DNA of 64,000 nt from Vulcanimicrobiota bacterium (GCA_050250895.1 JBFWNU010000001.1:1640008-1704007); one strand, 5' to 3'; counted from the first letter of the stretch, positions 1-10,144 are shown. Numbers and translations are program-made. The notes: generated from the sequence alone by a model not told the origin.

Positions 1-365
1 TCGATGTTGCCGACCACTTCACCGTTGGCATCGACGATGGGGACGTTGCGGATCCGGTTGCCATCCATCACCTCGAGGGCTGCGGCGGCGCCACTATCTC
101 GCGAGACCGTCTTGGGATTGGCCGTCATGATTTCCGAGACGGGTTTTTGCCAGGTGTCGGCTTGACCAAGAACCTTGGTGAAGACGTCATGGTCGGTGAA
201 GATGCCTACCAGTTTCTTTCCGTCTTGGATGAGGGCGCAATTGGTTTTTTCATCGCGCATGCGGCCGACCGTGTCGGCCACCGTGGTGTCCTTCTGGACC
301 CCGATCCATTGTCCGATTTCGAGGGCGGTGACCCGGATCTCTCCGAGTTCGGATTCTAAGCTCAT
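1..365 (-). CDS. CBS-domain protein (3' end runs off window)
   Basis: Not in ORF track; translated by hand from ATG at 365 (GGGAG RBS): MSLESELGEIRVTALEIG...LVGIFTDHDVFTKV...VSEIMTANPKTV...MDGNRIRNVPIVDANGEVVGNI, a typical tandem CBS pair. Confidence 0.85.
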   Translation of the reverse strand, partial: MSLESELGEIRVTALEIGQWIGVQKDTTVADTVGRMRDEKTNCALIQDGKKLVGIFTDHDVFTKVLGQADTWQKPVSEIMTANPKTVSRDSGAAAALEVMDGNRIRNVPIVDANGEVVGNI

Positions 366-518
366 TGGCTGCTCCCAGGCGGATTTGCTCGCGCAAAGTG
401 TCGAAAAATCAGGCCGTTCCTTCGCCAAGCGAGATCGACTTCCTGCGCCAATTTGGGATTCTTCAACGGTTTGGCGACGCTTGACAGCCCGGGGCGGTTG
501 GCCTACCATCCAGGTCGA

Positions 519-1091
519 ATGTCCGCTCCCGTCACCATTTTGGGCACCGACGTCATGGGCACCAGTCTGGGGCTGTTGCTGGCTGGCGTCAATTGGCCCC
601 TGGCCGGGCTCTGGGATCCGGACCACAACCTGGCCCTGACCCGGTCTCTTTTGATCGGGTGCTCGGCCTTTGCCCGACTCGAGGAACCGGTCTCTAAGGC
701 CAGCCTGGTGCTGGCCTGTCTGGAGGATGATGCCTGGGCCACCTGGGCCCCCGTCGCCGAGGCGGCCCTGGGCCCCGACGCCCTGCTGGTGCGAGTGGGA
801 GGCGCCGGGTCGTGCGCCCTTTTGCCCATTGCCCAGATCGAAGCGCTCGAGCAGGCTGGTCGATTGCGACGGGCCTTCTTCGGGCTGGTGGGCAGCGACC
901 CGGATTGCGCTCGGCTGGCGGCTCTGGTCGAGGCCCTGGGGGGGCAGCCGGTGCGTCTGGAAGCCGGTTCTCATCTGGCCATTCACGACTTTCGGCAGGG
1001 AATGAGTTCCCTGGCCCGGGCCGCGCAAGAGCGGCTGGGACGCAGCGACCTGCTGGCTCCCCTGGCTCACGACCTGCTGGTTGGTCAATAG
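519..1091 (+). CDS. Rossmann-like / DUF2520-like oxidoreductase-fold protein
   Basis: N-terminal VTILGTDVMGTSLG is a degenerate dinucleotide-binding motif; the C-terminal ALVEALGGQPVRL segment resembles the DUF2520 family. ATG 519 preferred over TTG 453. Confidence 0.55.
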   Translation: MSAPVTILGTDVMGTSLGLLLAGVNWPLAGLWDPDHNLALTRSLLIGCSAFARLEEPVSKASLVLACLEDDAWATWAPVAEAALGPDALLVRVGGAGSCALLPIAQIEALEQAGRLRRAFFGLVGSDPDCARLAALVEALGGQPVRLEAGSHLAIHDFRQGMSSLARAAQERLGRSDLLAPLAHDLLVGQ

Positions 1092-1146
1092 AAGTTTAAC
1101 AAACGGCAGCGGGAGATCGCCGGCTGCCAGCAAACAGTCACAAACA

Positions 1147-1518
1147 ATGAGCATCCGCCTCGGACGCACTCGGGCACTCGCAGTGCTGGTCCTGACGGCG
1201 TGGCTGGTCGGACAGGCAGCCATGTTTGGCCATCGGCATGGTGAATTCGAAGCCGATGAGGTCGCCTATCAACGACAGCAGGCCTGGTGCAACTCGCATC
1301 ACGCCCAGGCTCCCCACCATGATTTGTCGGCGCCGCTGGACGGACATCACGACTGCCACCTGTGCCGACTTCTATCCCAGCTCAGTTTCGATCTTTCCCC
1401 CGCCCAGCTTTGGGCCGGCGAGATTCGCACTGCCGAGATCGCCCCTGGCCAGGACGGGGTTCTGCCCGGCCAATCGGTTCGGGGACTGCTCAAGACGCGC
1501 GCTCCTCCTTTGAGCTAG
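1147..1518 (+). CDS. DUF2946-like His-rich CxxC leader protein with C-terminal RAPP arrest motif
   Basis: N-terminal hydrophobic segment, His-rich region, HHDCHLC, ends KTRAPPLS*; directly upstream of exbBD-tonB. Confidence 0.75.
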   Translation: MSIRLGRTRALAVLVLTAWLVGQAAMFGHRHGEFEADEVAYQRQQAWCNSHHAQAPHHDLSAPLDGHHDCHLCRLLSQLSFDLSPAQLWAGEIRTAEIAPGQDGVLPGQSVRGLLKTRAPPLS

Positions 1519-1651
1519 TAAGCCACCCCATCGTCTCACTGGTCTGTGACGGCCCTTCGGCTCGATGTTGCCTCTTTGGCTCCGGCCGTGGCTGCATTTT
1601 TGGACCTACTGAGGGTGTCCCTGCGGATACCAATTCATCCTTGGAGTCTTT

Positions 1652-2263
1652 ATGTTGCACTTGATTCAAGAGGGCGGAGTCTTCATGATCCCTCTTCTTC
1701 TGGGCTCGGCTATCACTGTCGGTGTTGCTCTCGAGCGTTTGATCTTCTTTCTCGGTCTCGACGGGGGCGGGACCGCGTTTCGCGAGCAGTTGCGGGGCGG
1801 CATTTCCCGCCCCGAGCAACTGCTGAACGAACTCGAGAATCGGCGAGGAGTGGTGGCGGCCACGGCCAGGGCCGGGCTAGCACACTGGTCCGACGATCCC
1901 GAACAGATGGCCGCTGCCATGGCCGCCTCGGCCCGGAGTGAAAGCAAGCAGCTTCGTCGCTTTCTGCCGTTGCTCGAGACGACCGTCACGGCCTGCCCGC
2001 TGATCGGGCTTTTGGGCACCATCACCGGTATGATGGGCGTTTTCAGGGTGGTGGCCCAGAAGTTGGCCAACGATCCCCACGCCAACACGACCGGCATTAC
2101 GGCTGGTATCGGCGAGGCCCTGATCGCCACGGCCACCGGCATCCTGGTGGCGGTAGTGGCGCTGCTCATCCACAATGCCTTCCAGGCTTGGGGCGAGGCT
2201 CATCTCGATGAGGCCGAGCAGGTGGCCGACCTGCTGCAACTGGCCCGGCGGAGGGCCGCATGA
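1652..2263 (+). CDS. exbB: ExbB/TolQ/MotA proton channel
   Basis: PLIGLLGTITGM and GIGEALIATATG motifs; three TM segments. Confidence 0.93.
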   Translation: MLHLIQEGGVFMIPLLLGSAITVGVALERLIFFLGLDGGGTAFREQLRGGISRPEQLLNELENRRGVVAATARAGLAHWSDDPEQMAAAMAASARSESKQLRRFLPLLETTVTACPLIGLLGTITGMMGVFRVVAQKLANDPHANTTGITAGIGEALIATATGILVAVVALLIHNAFQAWGEAHLDEAEQVADLLQLARRRAA

Positions 2264-2694
2264 CCGAACTCTTTCCCGAGCGGCGCAAGCGCCTCGCCCC
2301 GCGCATCGAGATCATCCCGATGGTGGATGTGATGTTCTTGTTGCTGGTGTTCTATATTCTCTCGACCATCGCCCTGACCACCCAGGCGGGCATCCCTGTG
2401 CAGTTGCCCGAGGCCGCCAATACGGCCCAGAACCCGGTGGAAGAGGTGGTCGTCACCATCGACAAGGAGGGCCAATTCTTTGTCAACAAAGACAAGGTCA
2501 AGCCTGAAGAATTGGCGGGCGCGGTCGAGCAACTAGCCAGCACTCGTGAAGGCGGCCTCGAGCACCTCAAAGAGGGAAACATCGTGCTCAACGCCGATCT
2601 GTCGGTGCAGCATCGATTGGTCATCCAGGCGATGGACCAGTTGCGCTCGCTCGGCATCACCAATTTCGCCATCGCCACCGAGGCCCAGCCTTGA
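2260..2694 (+). CDS. exbD: ExbD/TolR biopolymer transport protein
   Basis: IIPMVDVMFLLLVF motif, VQLPEA and LNAD motifs; ATGA overlap with exbB. Confidence 0.93.
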   Translation: MTELFPERRKRLAPRIEIIPMVDVMFLLLVFYILSTIALTTQAGIPVQLPEAANTAQNPVEEVVVTIDKEGQFFVNKDKVKPEELAGAVEQLASTREGGLEHLKEGNIVLNADLSVQHRLVIQAMDQLRSLGITNFAIATEAQP

Positions 2695-3626
2695 AACGTC
2701 TCTTGGTCTGCGTCCTGATTTCGGTCGGGTTGCACCTGGCGCTCTTTCCGTCATTCTTGCAGGGGCTGTTGGGCTCGGGGCATCATCATGCCCTGGTCGA
2801 GCCGGTGCCGCTCAAAGTTCGGCTGGTCCAACGCCCTCGCCCGAAGCCGACACCTCGGGCGACGCCCAAGCCCGCTCCCAGGCCGACTCCTAAAATCAAG
2901 CCTAAACCTCGACCGGCTCCGCCTCCGATCGCCCATCAGCCACCCCCTCCCAAACCAGCGCCCCGCCCGGCTCCCAGGCCCAGGCCGCGGACTCGCAGCT
3001 ATCCCAAAGCTCATCCCAGTCGCCCCTCTCCACCGCCTCCTCGCTCGCGTCCTAAGGTCCTCACTTCGACTCGCTCTGACCCCGCCTCGAGTTCGCGCCC
3101 ACCGGTGGCTTCCGGAGACGAGCCCGGAGCGGGCCGCGTTCCCGAGAATCCTCAACCCGCGCCGCCCTCACCGGCTCTCCCGAGCCAACCGCAGCCAGCC
3201 GGCCCTGACCCCGGCCCAGTCGAGCCAGCTCCGGTCGAACCTGCCCCGGCCCCGGTGGAACCCGCGCCGCGACCTGCCCCGACCCCCAAACCGTCGCCCT
3301 CGCCGAAGCCTGCCCCGGCCCCGCAACCACCACCTCTTCCGGCAGCGCCGAAAAGTCGTAAGGCCGATTTTATGGCCGTCGACACGATCGTGCTACCGGC
3401 CCGCTTTCGCCGCACCAGGGTCGAGACCGAAATGCAGGTTCGCATCGTGGTCAACCCCGACGAGAGCTTTCAAATTAGTGCTGGCTCCAGTTCCGGCGAC
3501 CCCGCCGTGGACGAATTCATCTTAGAAGAGTTACGCCGGGTCGGTCAGGCCCAGGTGCGCACCGACGACCAGGGCCAGCCCATCCGAGGCATGGTCAGAA
3601 AAACCGTCAGGATCAAGGTCGACTAG
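2691..3626 (+). CDS. TonB-like energy transducer
   Basis: N-terminal TM with SxxxH (SVGLH), long Pro-rich linker, C-terminal SSGDPAVDE motif; follows exbBD. Confidence 0.8.
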   Translation: MKRLLVCVLISVGLHLALFPSFLQGLLGSGHHHALVEPVPLKVRLVQRPRPKPTPRATPKPAPRPTPKIKPKPRPAPPPIAHQPPPPKPAPRPAPRPRPRTRSYPKAHPSRPSPPPPRSRPKVLTSTRSDPASSSRPPVASGDEPGAGRVPENPQPAPPSPALPSQPQPAGPDPGPVEPAPVEPAPAPVEPAPRPAPTPKPSPSPKPAPAPQPPPLPAAPKSRKADFMAVDTIVLPARFRRTRVETEMQVRIVVNPDESFQISAGSSSGDPAVDEFILEELRRVGQAQVRTDDQGQPIRGMVRKTVRIKVD

Positions 3627-3905
3627 GTGGCGCGCCTGGCAAGACAAACGGTGGCCCTGGCTCTGGTTTCGCTATTGCTGACCGGAGCCCACCACCATCG
3701 CGAAGCCCACCATACATCAGGCTTGCATCTGCACGCGGGCACGAGCGAGAGTCCCTGCGCCCTCTGTCTGCTCGGCACCGGACTGCCGCCGGCTCCGCAG
3801 CAACTTTCATCCGCCCCTCGAGCGAGCGTTCTCGTGGTCATGCCGACCCCTCCCAGGCTCTCGCTCGAACGCACCCCAGCCAGCTCTCGCGGCCCCCCGC
3901 TCTAG
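3627..3905 (+). CDS. second DUF2946-like His-rich CxxC leader protein with RGPP arrest motif
   Basis: Hydrophobic N-terminus, AHHHREAHH, PCALC, ends SSRGPPL*; 41 nt upstream of the receptor ATG. Confidence 0.75.
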   Translation: MARLARQTVALALVSLLLTGAHHHREAHHTSGLHLHAGTSESPCALCLLGTGLPPAPQQLSSAPRASVLVVMPTPPRLSLERTPASSRGPPL

Positions 3906-3941
3906 CTCTCCTCCCGAACCGACAAACAATTCCAAGGAGAG
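3906..3941 (+). promoter_or_regulatory. anti-SD/SD pairing element (translational attenuator) for the TonB-dependent receptor
   Basis: CTCTCCT (3906-3912) is the exact reverse complement of AGGAGAG (3935-3941), the SD of ATG 3947. Confidence 0.6.
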
Positions 3942-3946
3942 TATCT

Positions 3947-6298
3947 ATGAAACCGTTTCTTGCAGCGATATGCTGCGTCATGCTGTGCATGGGCTCGGTG
4001 CTGGCCGCCCAGGTCGAAGGAGACCTGCTGATCGAGGTGGTCAAAGAAGCCGACGAAAGCCCCGTCGCCGACGCCGTGGTAACCGTGAAGAATCGTGAGG
4101 GCACGCGCACGATTCAGGAAGTCCGCACCGGCCCCGATGGCAAGGCCAGGGTCAAAAACCTGCCCCTGGGCGACTATCTGGTCGAGGTTACCCATCCCGA
4201 GGTTGGTCGCGACAGCGCGATCGTCAAGATCAACCCCGCTACCGACAACAACTTTACTGCCTATCTGGTGGCCTCTGACGAGCCCGCCGAAGTGCTTGAG
4301 GTGCGCGGTGACCGCCTGCTGGTAAACTCGAAGGACCCCAGCAGCGGAGCCACCACCCGGCGCGACGGCCAGTTCCTCGAGCGCCAACTGACCAACGGCA
4401 ACTCGCTGCAAGCCGTCTTGAGTACGGCCCCCGGCGTGCAGACCAACTCGGTCGGTCAGGTGCATGTTCGCGGTGAGCACAAAGCCCTGACTCTGTCCCT
4501 CGACGGGGTGGACGTGCCGGTGCCCACCGAGAGTTCCATCACGCAGCCTCTGGATCCCGAGTTTCTCGACCAGATCGAGGTGGGAACGGGCAACTACGAC
4601 GCCTCCAAAGGGGGTCAATTGGGAGTGGTGGTCAACGCCACCACCGAGACTCCCGACGAGCCTTTCGTCAAGCTCGAGGCTCGCGCCGGCGACAAGGGTC
4701 AAAGCGAGTTCGTGCTCAAGGCCGGCGGGGCTAACGAGGACAAGACGTTTTCTTACTTCGTGGGAGCCCGCCACCGTCAGAGTGACCTCTATCTCGAGCC
4801 CCCGCATCCCGACCAGCAGACGCTCAACAACCACGGCGAGTTGACCAGCTTGCTCCTGCGGCTCAACTCGAATTCCGAGCACGATAAGTTCGGGCTCACT
4901 CTCTCGCATCAGAATGCCGACCTGGGCATTCCCCAGACTCCGGCCAACTTCACGGCCGGGGTTCGCCAGCAGCAAAGCGACGCGAACACTTTGATCCTGG
5001 GCTCGTGGAAGCACGAGTTTTCGCCCGAGACGGACATGCAACTGGGATTGGCCTTTTTGCGCAGTCGTCAGAAGGTGAACAACAACGGGGTCTTCACCAA
5101 CTTCACGGCCGTCTCGCCGGCTGTCGACGAAGAACTAGCCGAAGAGGGCTTTCCGGCCGATCCGGCCAGTCCTGGCTCGCCCTATCTACCCAGCTCCGAC
5201 CTCGAGGTCAGCCAGTTCCAGCCGAGTCTGGAAGTGACTCACCGGCTGGGTGAGAACGAGCGCCTCAAAGCGGGGCTGACAGCCAACTTCATCAACTCGC
5301 GCCAGAGTCTGGACATCACTGACCCCGGCGGGGGTGGCGGGTTGCCAAATCCGGCCGGCTTGCCGGGAGCGGTCACACGCTTTCGTGCCAACCTTGACCG
5401 TGACGCCTTCATCGGTGGTCTGTTCGTCAGCCATACCCTGCCTTTGAGCGAAACCATCACCCTCAACTACGGGTTGCGGGCTGACACCTTCGACAACGGC
5501 CTGGGTGTGAACACGGGGCAACTCAGCCCCCGGGTCAATCTGATCTGGGGCCCCACCGAGACGCAGGCGGTGCGGCTTTCTTATAACCGTCTCTTCCAAC
5601 CACCGCCGCTCGAACTCGACACCAGCGGCCAGACTCAGGTTTTGCCACAGCGCACCCACGCCTACGAGTTGAGCTACGAGAACCAGTTCGCCAAGAACGT
5701 GGTGGGCAAAATCGCTTTCGTCTATAAGGACTACACCGACCAAATCGATGTGGGCTTGCTGATTCCCAACAGCAACATCCCCGTCTTTGCGCCGATCAAC
5801 TTCGCCCGGGCTCGCTACCAGGGGGTCGAACTCAGCGTCAACACCTTCAATGAACTCGGCTGGAACGGCTTTCTCTCGGCCACCATCGGCGAGGCAAAAC
5901 CCACCGTTCCGGGCGTTTTTACCACTGAGTTTCCCGAATACAACGACCACGACCAGCGCGTCCAGGTGACCGGCGGCACCAGCTACACCTGGGAAAACGG
6001 CCTCTCGGCCGGCGTCGACTTTCTCTACGGCTCGGGCTTTCCCCAAGAGGCCCTGCCGCTCTACAACGCGGCCGGCATCAACCCTTTTGGCCTGACCGGT
6101 GATCGCCTCGACCGCTTCATCACCAACCTCAACATTCAGTATCTACCAGAGAACAAGGCTGGCCCCGACCTGGGCTTCGGGCTACAGGTCTTCAACGTGT
6201 TCGACGACCGCTCGCTGCTGAACTTTCTCAGCGAGTTCTCGGGAACACGCTTCGTCCAGGGTCGCCGCTTTCTGTTCAACGGCCAGGTCAGGTTTTAG
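3947..6298 (+). CDS. TonB-dependent outer-membrane receptor with N-terminal carboxypeptidase-regulatory-like domain
   Basis: Signal peptide, LPLGDYLVEV beta-sandwich, plug (APGV...VHVRG...LDGV), SPRVNL and FNVFD motifs, terminal Phe (GQVRF). Confidence 0.93.
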   Translation: MKPFLAAICCVMLCMGSVLAAQVEGDLLIEVVKEADESPVADAVVTVKNREGTRTIQEVRTGPDGKARVKNLPLGDYLVEVTHPEVGRDSAIVKINPATDNNFTAYLVASDEPAEVLEVRGDRLLVNSKDPSSGATTRRDGQFLERQLTNGNSLQAVLSTAPGVQTNSVGQVHVRGEHKALTLSLDGVDVPVPTESSITQPLDPEFLDQIEVGTGNYDASKGGQLGVVVNATTETPDEPFVKLEARAGDKGQSEFVLKAGGANEDKTFSYFVGARHRQSDLYLEPPHPDQQTLNNHGELTSLLLRLNSNSEHDKFGLTLSHQNADLGIPQTPANFTAGVRQQQSDANTLILGSWKHEFSPETDMQLGLAFLRSRQKVNNNGVFTNFTAVSPAVDEELAEEGFPADPASPGSPYLPSSDLEVSQFQPSLEVTHRLGENERLKAGLTANFINSRQSLDITDPGGGGGLPNPAGLPGAVTRFRANLDRDAFIGGLFVSHTLPLSETITLNYGLRADTFDNGLGVNTGQLSPRVNLIWGPTETQAVRLSYNRLFQPPPLELDTSGQTQVLPQRTHAYELSYENQFAKNVVGKIAFVYKDYTDQIDVGLLIPNSNIPVFAPINFARARYQGVELSVNTFNELGWNGFLSATIGEAKPTVPGVFTTEFPEYNDHDQRVQVTGGTSYTWENGLSAGVDFLYGSGFPQEALPLYNAAGINPFGLTGDRLDRFITNLNIQYLPENKAGPDLGFGLQVFNVFDDRSLLNFLSEFSGTRFVQGRRFLFNGQVRF

Positions 6299-6307
6299 GA
6301 GGCGGTC

Positions 6308-7429
6308 ATGAAACGATGGATAACGATAATCTCTTTGCTGCTCCTCAGCGCTTGCACTACCGGTGGTAGTGGGGTGGTCGAGGCCGACACCCTCGAGACC
6401 AATTTCGTGCAAACCACGATTCGGCTCGAACGCACTTTTCTCTACGCCCTGGCGGGCTCGAATCTGCACGCCTTTCTGGTCAACCCGGGGGAAGAGATTC
6501 TGGCCCACGGCGAAGCCGACGAAGAAGAGGGCCCCGAGGGCGGCACTCTCGAGGGGTTGGACGGCTCGCCGTTCGACCTGGGAGCGGCGGTGGTCGATGC
6601 GGCTGCGGCCCGCGAGGGACGCTTTCTCTACTTTGCCGATCAGGCCGGGCGGCGCATCCTGGCGTTCGAGGTGAACGGGGCCACCGGTCGCCTGGGGGCC
6701 CTGCCCGGGCTGACCCTCACCCAATCGCCGGCGCGTTTGCTGTCGCTCGGCGAACGACTGATTGCCCTGGGCACTCGCATCACTCTGCTCGAGGTCGATC
6801 AGGCCGGAGGCCTCAGTCAGGTCTCGGAGGACAATCAGGCGGCTACAGCCGGCCTGATAGCCGACGACCTGTTGCTGACCGTCGACAACAACTCTGTGAC
6901 CAGTTGGCGGATCGGTGACAACGGTCTGACCATGCTCGGCATGACCCCGCTGGGCGCGGGCGAGCATCCGGCTCTGCTCTTGCTTGACGATCTGCTCCTG
7001 GTGGCCAATCGCACCACCAGTGTCCTTCATCGAGTGCGGGTGGGACCCAACGGGGGCCTGACCGGGCTAGCCGACTTCGCCTTGCCGGCCGACCAGATGG
7101 GTCCGTCTGACCTGATCGCGTTCGAAGACCGGGTGGTGGTGGCCAACCGCGACAGCGACAATCTGTCGCTGCTCGAAGTCGATCCCCTTACCGGGGACAT
7201 CACCGCTGAGCCGGCACTCGAGAGCGGTGGCTCAGGGCCGGTTCGCCTGATCGGGGCGCTGGACTTTGTCTATGTGGCTCACCAGAACGACGGTGCGGTG
7301 AGCCTGCTCGAGTCTGACGAAGGCGAACTGGAGGTGCATGAGGACACCTTCGAAACCGAACCGGGAGTGGGCCCGCTGGTGTCCATCGACCGGGTCGAGT
7401 CGGTGGAGGTTACTACGCCGATTCAGTAG
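6308..7429 (+). CDS. lipoprotein, lactonase/YncE-like beta-propeller
   Basis: Lipobox LSAC; repeated propeller motifs (GRFLYFAD, LLVANR, VVVANRDSDNLSLL, VYVAHQNDGAVSL). Confidence 0.75.
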   Translation: MKRWITIISLLLLSACTTGGSGVVEADTLETNFVQTTIRLERTFLYALAGSNLHAFLVNPGEEILAHGEADEEEGPEGGTLEGLDGSPFDLGAAVVDAAAAREGRFLYFADQAGRRILAFEVNGATGRLGALPGLTLTQSPARLLSLGERLIALGTRITLLEVDQAGGLSQVSEDNQAATAGLIADDLLLTVDNNSVTSWRIGDNGLTMLGMTPLGAGEHPALLLLDDLLLVANRTTSVLHRVRVGPNGGLTGLADFALPADQMGPSDLIAFEDRVVVANRDSDNLSLLEVDPLTGDITAEPALESGGSGPVRLIGALDFVYVAHQNDGAVSLLESDEGELEVHEDTFETEPGVGPLVSIDRVESVEVTTPIQ

Positions 7430-7433
7430 GTCT

Positions 7434-7475
7434 ATTTCGGCTGGTCCGCCTGGAGTTGGCGGGCCAGCTCGAAAT
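7434..7475. terminator. hairpin between convergent genes (possible bidirectional terminator)
   Basis: CTGGTCCGCC-loop-GGCGGGCCAG stem with one G:U pair, flanked by ATTTCG/CGAAAT. Confidence 0.45.
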
Positions 7476-7489
7476 GGGCCTGGGCTGCC

Positions 7490-8944
7490 TCACGCGTTGT
7501 AGGTGCTGGAGGTCACCGCGCCGCCGTGGCCGGTCCAGTCGGTGTGGAAATACTCACCGCGAGCTTTGTCGAGCCGCTCGTAGGTGTGGGCCCCGAAGTA
7601 GTCTCGTTGGGCCTGGAGCAGGTTGGCCGGCAAGCGTTCGCGGCGATAGCCGTCAAAGAAGGCCAGGGCCGAACTCAGCGCTGGCACGCTCACGCCCGCT
7701 TCGACCGCCCGGGCCACCACCCGACGCCAGCTCGCCTGAGCCCCCTCGACCTGTTCTTTGAAATAGGGGTCGAGCAGCAGATTGGTGAGCTTGGGATTCT
7801 GTTCATAGGCGGCCTTGATTTTGCCCAGAAAGGCCGAGCGGATGATGCACCCCTCGCGCCACATCAGGGCGATACCACCATAATTGAGGTTCCAGCCGAA
7901 CTCGGCAGCGGCAGCCCGGAACAGCATGTAACCCTGAGTGTAAGAAATGATCTTGGCCGCATACAGGGCCTGGCTGATATCTTCGAGGAAGGCAGCCCGA
8001 TCGCCAGAGAAACCGGGCTTCGGCCCGCTCAGCAACTTGGCAGCTTGAACCCGCTCGTCTTTTAGGGCCGACAGGCAGCGGCTAAAGACGGCCTCGCCGA
8101 TCAGGGTCAGCGGAATGCCCATATCGAGCGCCGAGACCGCCGTCCATTTGCCGGTGCCCTTCTGGCCCGCGGTGTCGAGGATTTTGTCCACCAGTGGATT
8201 GCCGTCGTCGTCGCGAAAGGCCAGGATCTCGCTGGTGATCTCGACGAGATAAGAGTCGAGCTTGCCCTTGTTCCAGTTGGTGAAAACCTCGCTCATCTCG
8301 GCCGGCGCCATGCCCAGCAGATTGGCCATCAGGTCGTAGGCCTCGCAGATGAGCTGCATATCGCCATACTCGATGCCGTTATGGACCATCTTGACGTAGT
8401 GGCCCGCTCCGCCCTCACCGACCCAGTCGCAACACGGGCTGCCATCGGCAACCTTGGCCGCGATGGCCTGGAAGATCGGCTTGACGTGGGGCCAGGCCTC
8501 GGGCGAGCCACCCGGCATCATGGAAGGGCCGTGTCGGGCACCCTCTTCGCCACCCGAGACGCCGCAGCCGATGTAGAGTAAGCCCTTCTCTTCGAGTTCG
8601 CGATGGCGGCGGATCGAATCTTCGTAGTGCGAATTGCCGCCGTCAATGAGGATGTCGCCGGCTTCGAGTAGAGGCAGAAGCTGGTTGATGACAGCATCGA
8701 CCGGGGCCCCGGCCTTGACCATGATCATCACTCGCCGGGGGCGCTTTAGCTTGGACACTAGCTCTTCAACGGTATGGGCGCCCTGCACCCTGGTGCCTTT
8801 GGCCTCGTTGGCCAGAAATTCGTCGACCTTCGAGGTGGTGCGATTGTAGACGGCCACGGTGTAGCCGTGATCGTCCATGTTGAGCACGAGGTTCTGGCCC
8901 ATTACGGCCAGACCGATAAGACCGATATCCGCTGTTGCTGTCAT
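7490..8944 (-). CDS. gnd: NADP-dependent 6-phosphogluconate dehydrogenase, decarboxylating
   Basis: [57 protein letters not shown]; ATG 8944 with AAAGGA RBS. Confidence 0.98.
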   Translation of the reverse strand: MTATADIGLIGLAVMGQNLVLNMDDHGYTVAVYNRTTSKVDEFLANEAKGTRVQGAHTVEELVSKLKRPRRVMIMVKAGAPVDAVINQLLPLLEAGDILIDGGNSHYEDSIRRHRELEEKGLLYIGCGVSGGEEGARHGPSMMPGGSPEAWPHVKPIFQAIAAKVADGSPCCDWVGEGGAGHYVKMVHNGIEYGDMQLICEAYDLMANLLGMAPAEMSEVFTNWNKGKLDSYLVEITSEILAFRDDDGNPLVDKILDTAGQKGTGKWTAVSALDMGIPLTLIGEAVFSRCLSALKDERVQAAKLLSGPKPGFSGDRAAFLEDISQALYAAKIISYTQGYMLFRAAAAEFGWNLNYGGIALMWREGCIIRSAFLGKIKAAYEQNPKLTNLLLDPYFKEQVEGAQASWRRVVARAVEAGVSVPALSSALAFFDGYRRERLPANLLQAQRDYFGAHTYERLDKARGEYFHTDWTGHGGAVTSSTYNA

Positions 8945-8999
8945 AGCCGCTCCTTTGCTCGGGAAGGTCGATTCACCTTTTGGCCAGAAAAACGGCGCC

Positions 9000-9671
9000 G
9001 TGGGAAGCTTGTTCAAGAAAAAACCTGAAGAACCCGAGGCGCCGCCAGAGCCCGAGTACAACGGCAATCCGGTGGCCGACCTCAAAGGTCACGCCATCAA
9101 GGCCTTCAAACTGCAACCGCCTTTCACGGGACGCATCGTGGACACTTGTGCCATCAACAAGTTCCCGATCACCGACGACCACCGGGCCGCGGTCGACCTC
9201 GAGCAGGCCTGCTTGCTCTGGATCGCCCTGATTCAGAGTTCGAACACCCGGCTGATGCCGCGCGAACAACTGTATGGCTCGTTGACCCAGGCGCTCGAAG
9301 AGGCCCTGGCCGCTCTCGGCAAAGAGTTCTGGCTGACCTGGCTGCAGCGGGGGGCCGACTGGATCGCCCGCGAGCGTCAAGAAGACGAACTGGAGGAGCG
9401 TTGGGAAGAGTTAGGCATTCCTTTCGACAAGCCCAAGATCCAGGGCCGCTCACGCCGCTTTCACGTCCAGATTCTTTATCGTATGCACAGCGGCTTCCAA
9501 GGCATTTTCCGGGACGGGTATATGGTGCAAGAGCGTATCGAAGCGGCTAGCCGTCCGGTGATCGACCGCCTGTTCTTGCCTGAGGAGCGGCCCCTCGACC
9601 AGTCCGAGGTGATCGAGAATTTCATCCTGCCGGTCATCCAGCGAACCCTTGACGGCCGCATTCCGGAGTAG
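9000..9671 (+). CDS. hypothetical protein
   Basis: Open frame with coding-like composition, divergent from gnd; GTG 9000 chosen to avoid overlap. Confidence 0.65.
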   Translation: MGSLFKKKPEEPEAPPEPEYNGNPVADLKGHAIKAFKLQPPFTGRIVDTCAINKFPITDDHRAAVDLEQACLLWIALIQSSNTRLMPREQLYGSLTQALEEALAALGKEFWLTWLQRGADWIARERQEDELEERWEELGIPFDKPKIQGRSRRFHVQILYRMHSGFQGIFRDGYMVQERIEAASRPVIDRLFLPEERPLDQSEVIENFILPVIQRTLDGRIPE

Positions 9672-9676
9672 CATTG

Positions 9677-10135
9677 ATGTCCAAGGTCGAGATCCGCAAA
9701 TTCGAACGACAGCCGGTGGTTTCCATTCGGTGCCAAACTACCATGGCCCAGCTATCGGCCAGTTTTGGCGAGATTCTGCCCCGGGTCTTTCAAGAGCTGC
9801 AGGCTCGAGGGGCGGCACCGGCGGGGGCGCCTTTCGGTCGCTACCATGCCTTTTCTCCCGATTCGATCGACCTCGAGGCGGGTTTGCCCGTGACCGAGGC
9901 GCCGACGGTCGACCCCCCGTTACAGGCCAGCGAGCTGCCGGCTTGCGAGGCCGCCGTGCTGGTGCATCTGGGTCCCTACGACAATCTGAAGGCGACCTAT
10001 GACGCGCTGGAAGCGTGGTTCAAAGAGCACGGTCGTAGCCAGGGCGGCGCGCCCTGGGAGGTCTACCTGACCGACCCCGGGTCAGAGCCCGACTCTTCCA
10101 GGTGGAAGACCGAAGTCATCTGGCCGCTCGCCTGA
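9677..10135 (+). CDS. GyrI-like small-molecule-binding domain protein
   Basis: HLGPYDNL...YDALEAW, PWEVYLTDP...WKTEVIWPL motifs. Confidence 0.9.
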   Translation: MSKVEIRKFERQPVVSIRCQTTMAQLSASFGEILPRVFQELQARGAAPAGAPFGRYHAFSPDSIDLEAGLPVTEAPTVDPPLQASELPACEAAVLVHLGPYDNLKATYDALEAWFKEHGRSQGGAPWEVYLTDPGSEPDSSRWKTEVIWPLA

Positions 10136-10144
10136 ACCGAGCTG

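Noticed and set aside
2830-3350. Repetitive Pro-rich DNA as a possible repeat array
   Set aside because: It is the TonB periplasmic linker; the repeats are imperfect and codon-driven.
3902-5041. Long antisense ORFs (also 17668-19029, 41269-42567, 56110-57441, 57108-58265, 60322-61497)
   Set aside because: Shadow or alternative frames of well-supported genes, expected at high GC; no motifs.
6308-7429. 6-phosphogluconolactonase (pgl) paired with gnd
   Set aside because: It has a lipobox, is co-transcribed with the TonB receptor and converges on gnd; the adjacency looks coincidental.
8945-9085. N-terminal extensions in the ORF track (gnd, GST, PNPOx, Tes1, RING, DUF2752, Uma2, fabG, fabF)
   Set aside because: Downstream starts have an RBS or stop-start overlap and match family N-termini; most extensions overlap neighbouring genes or promoters.
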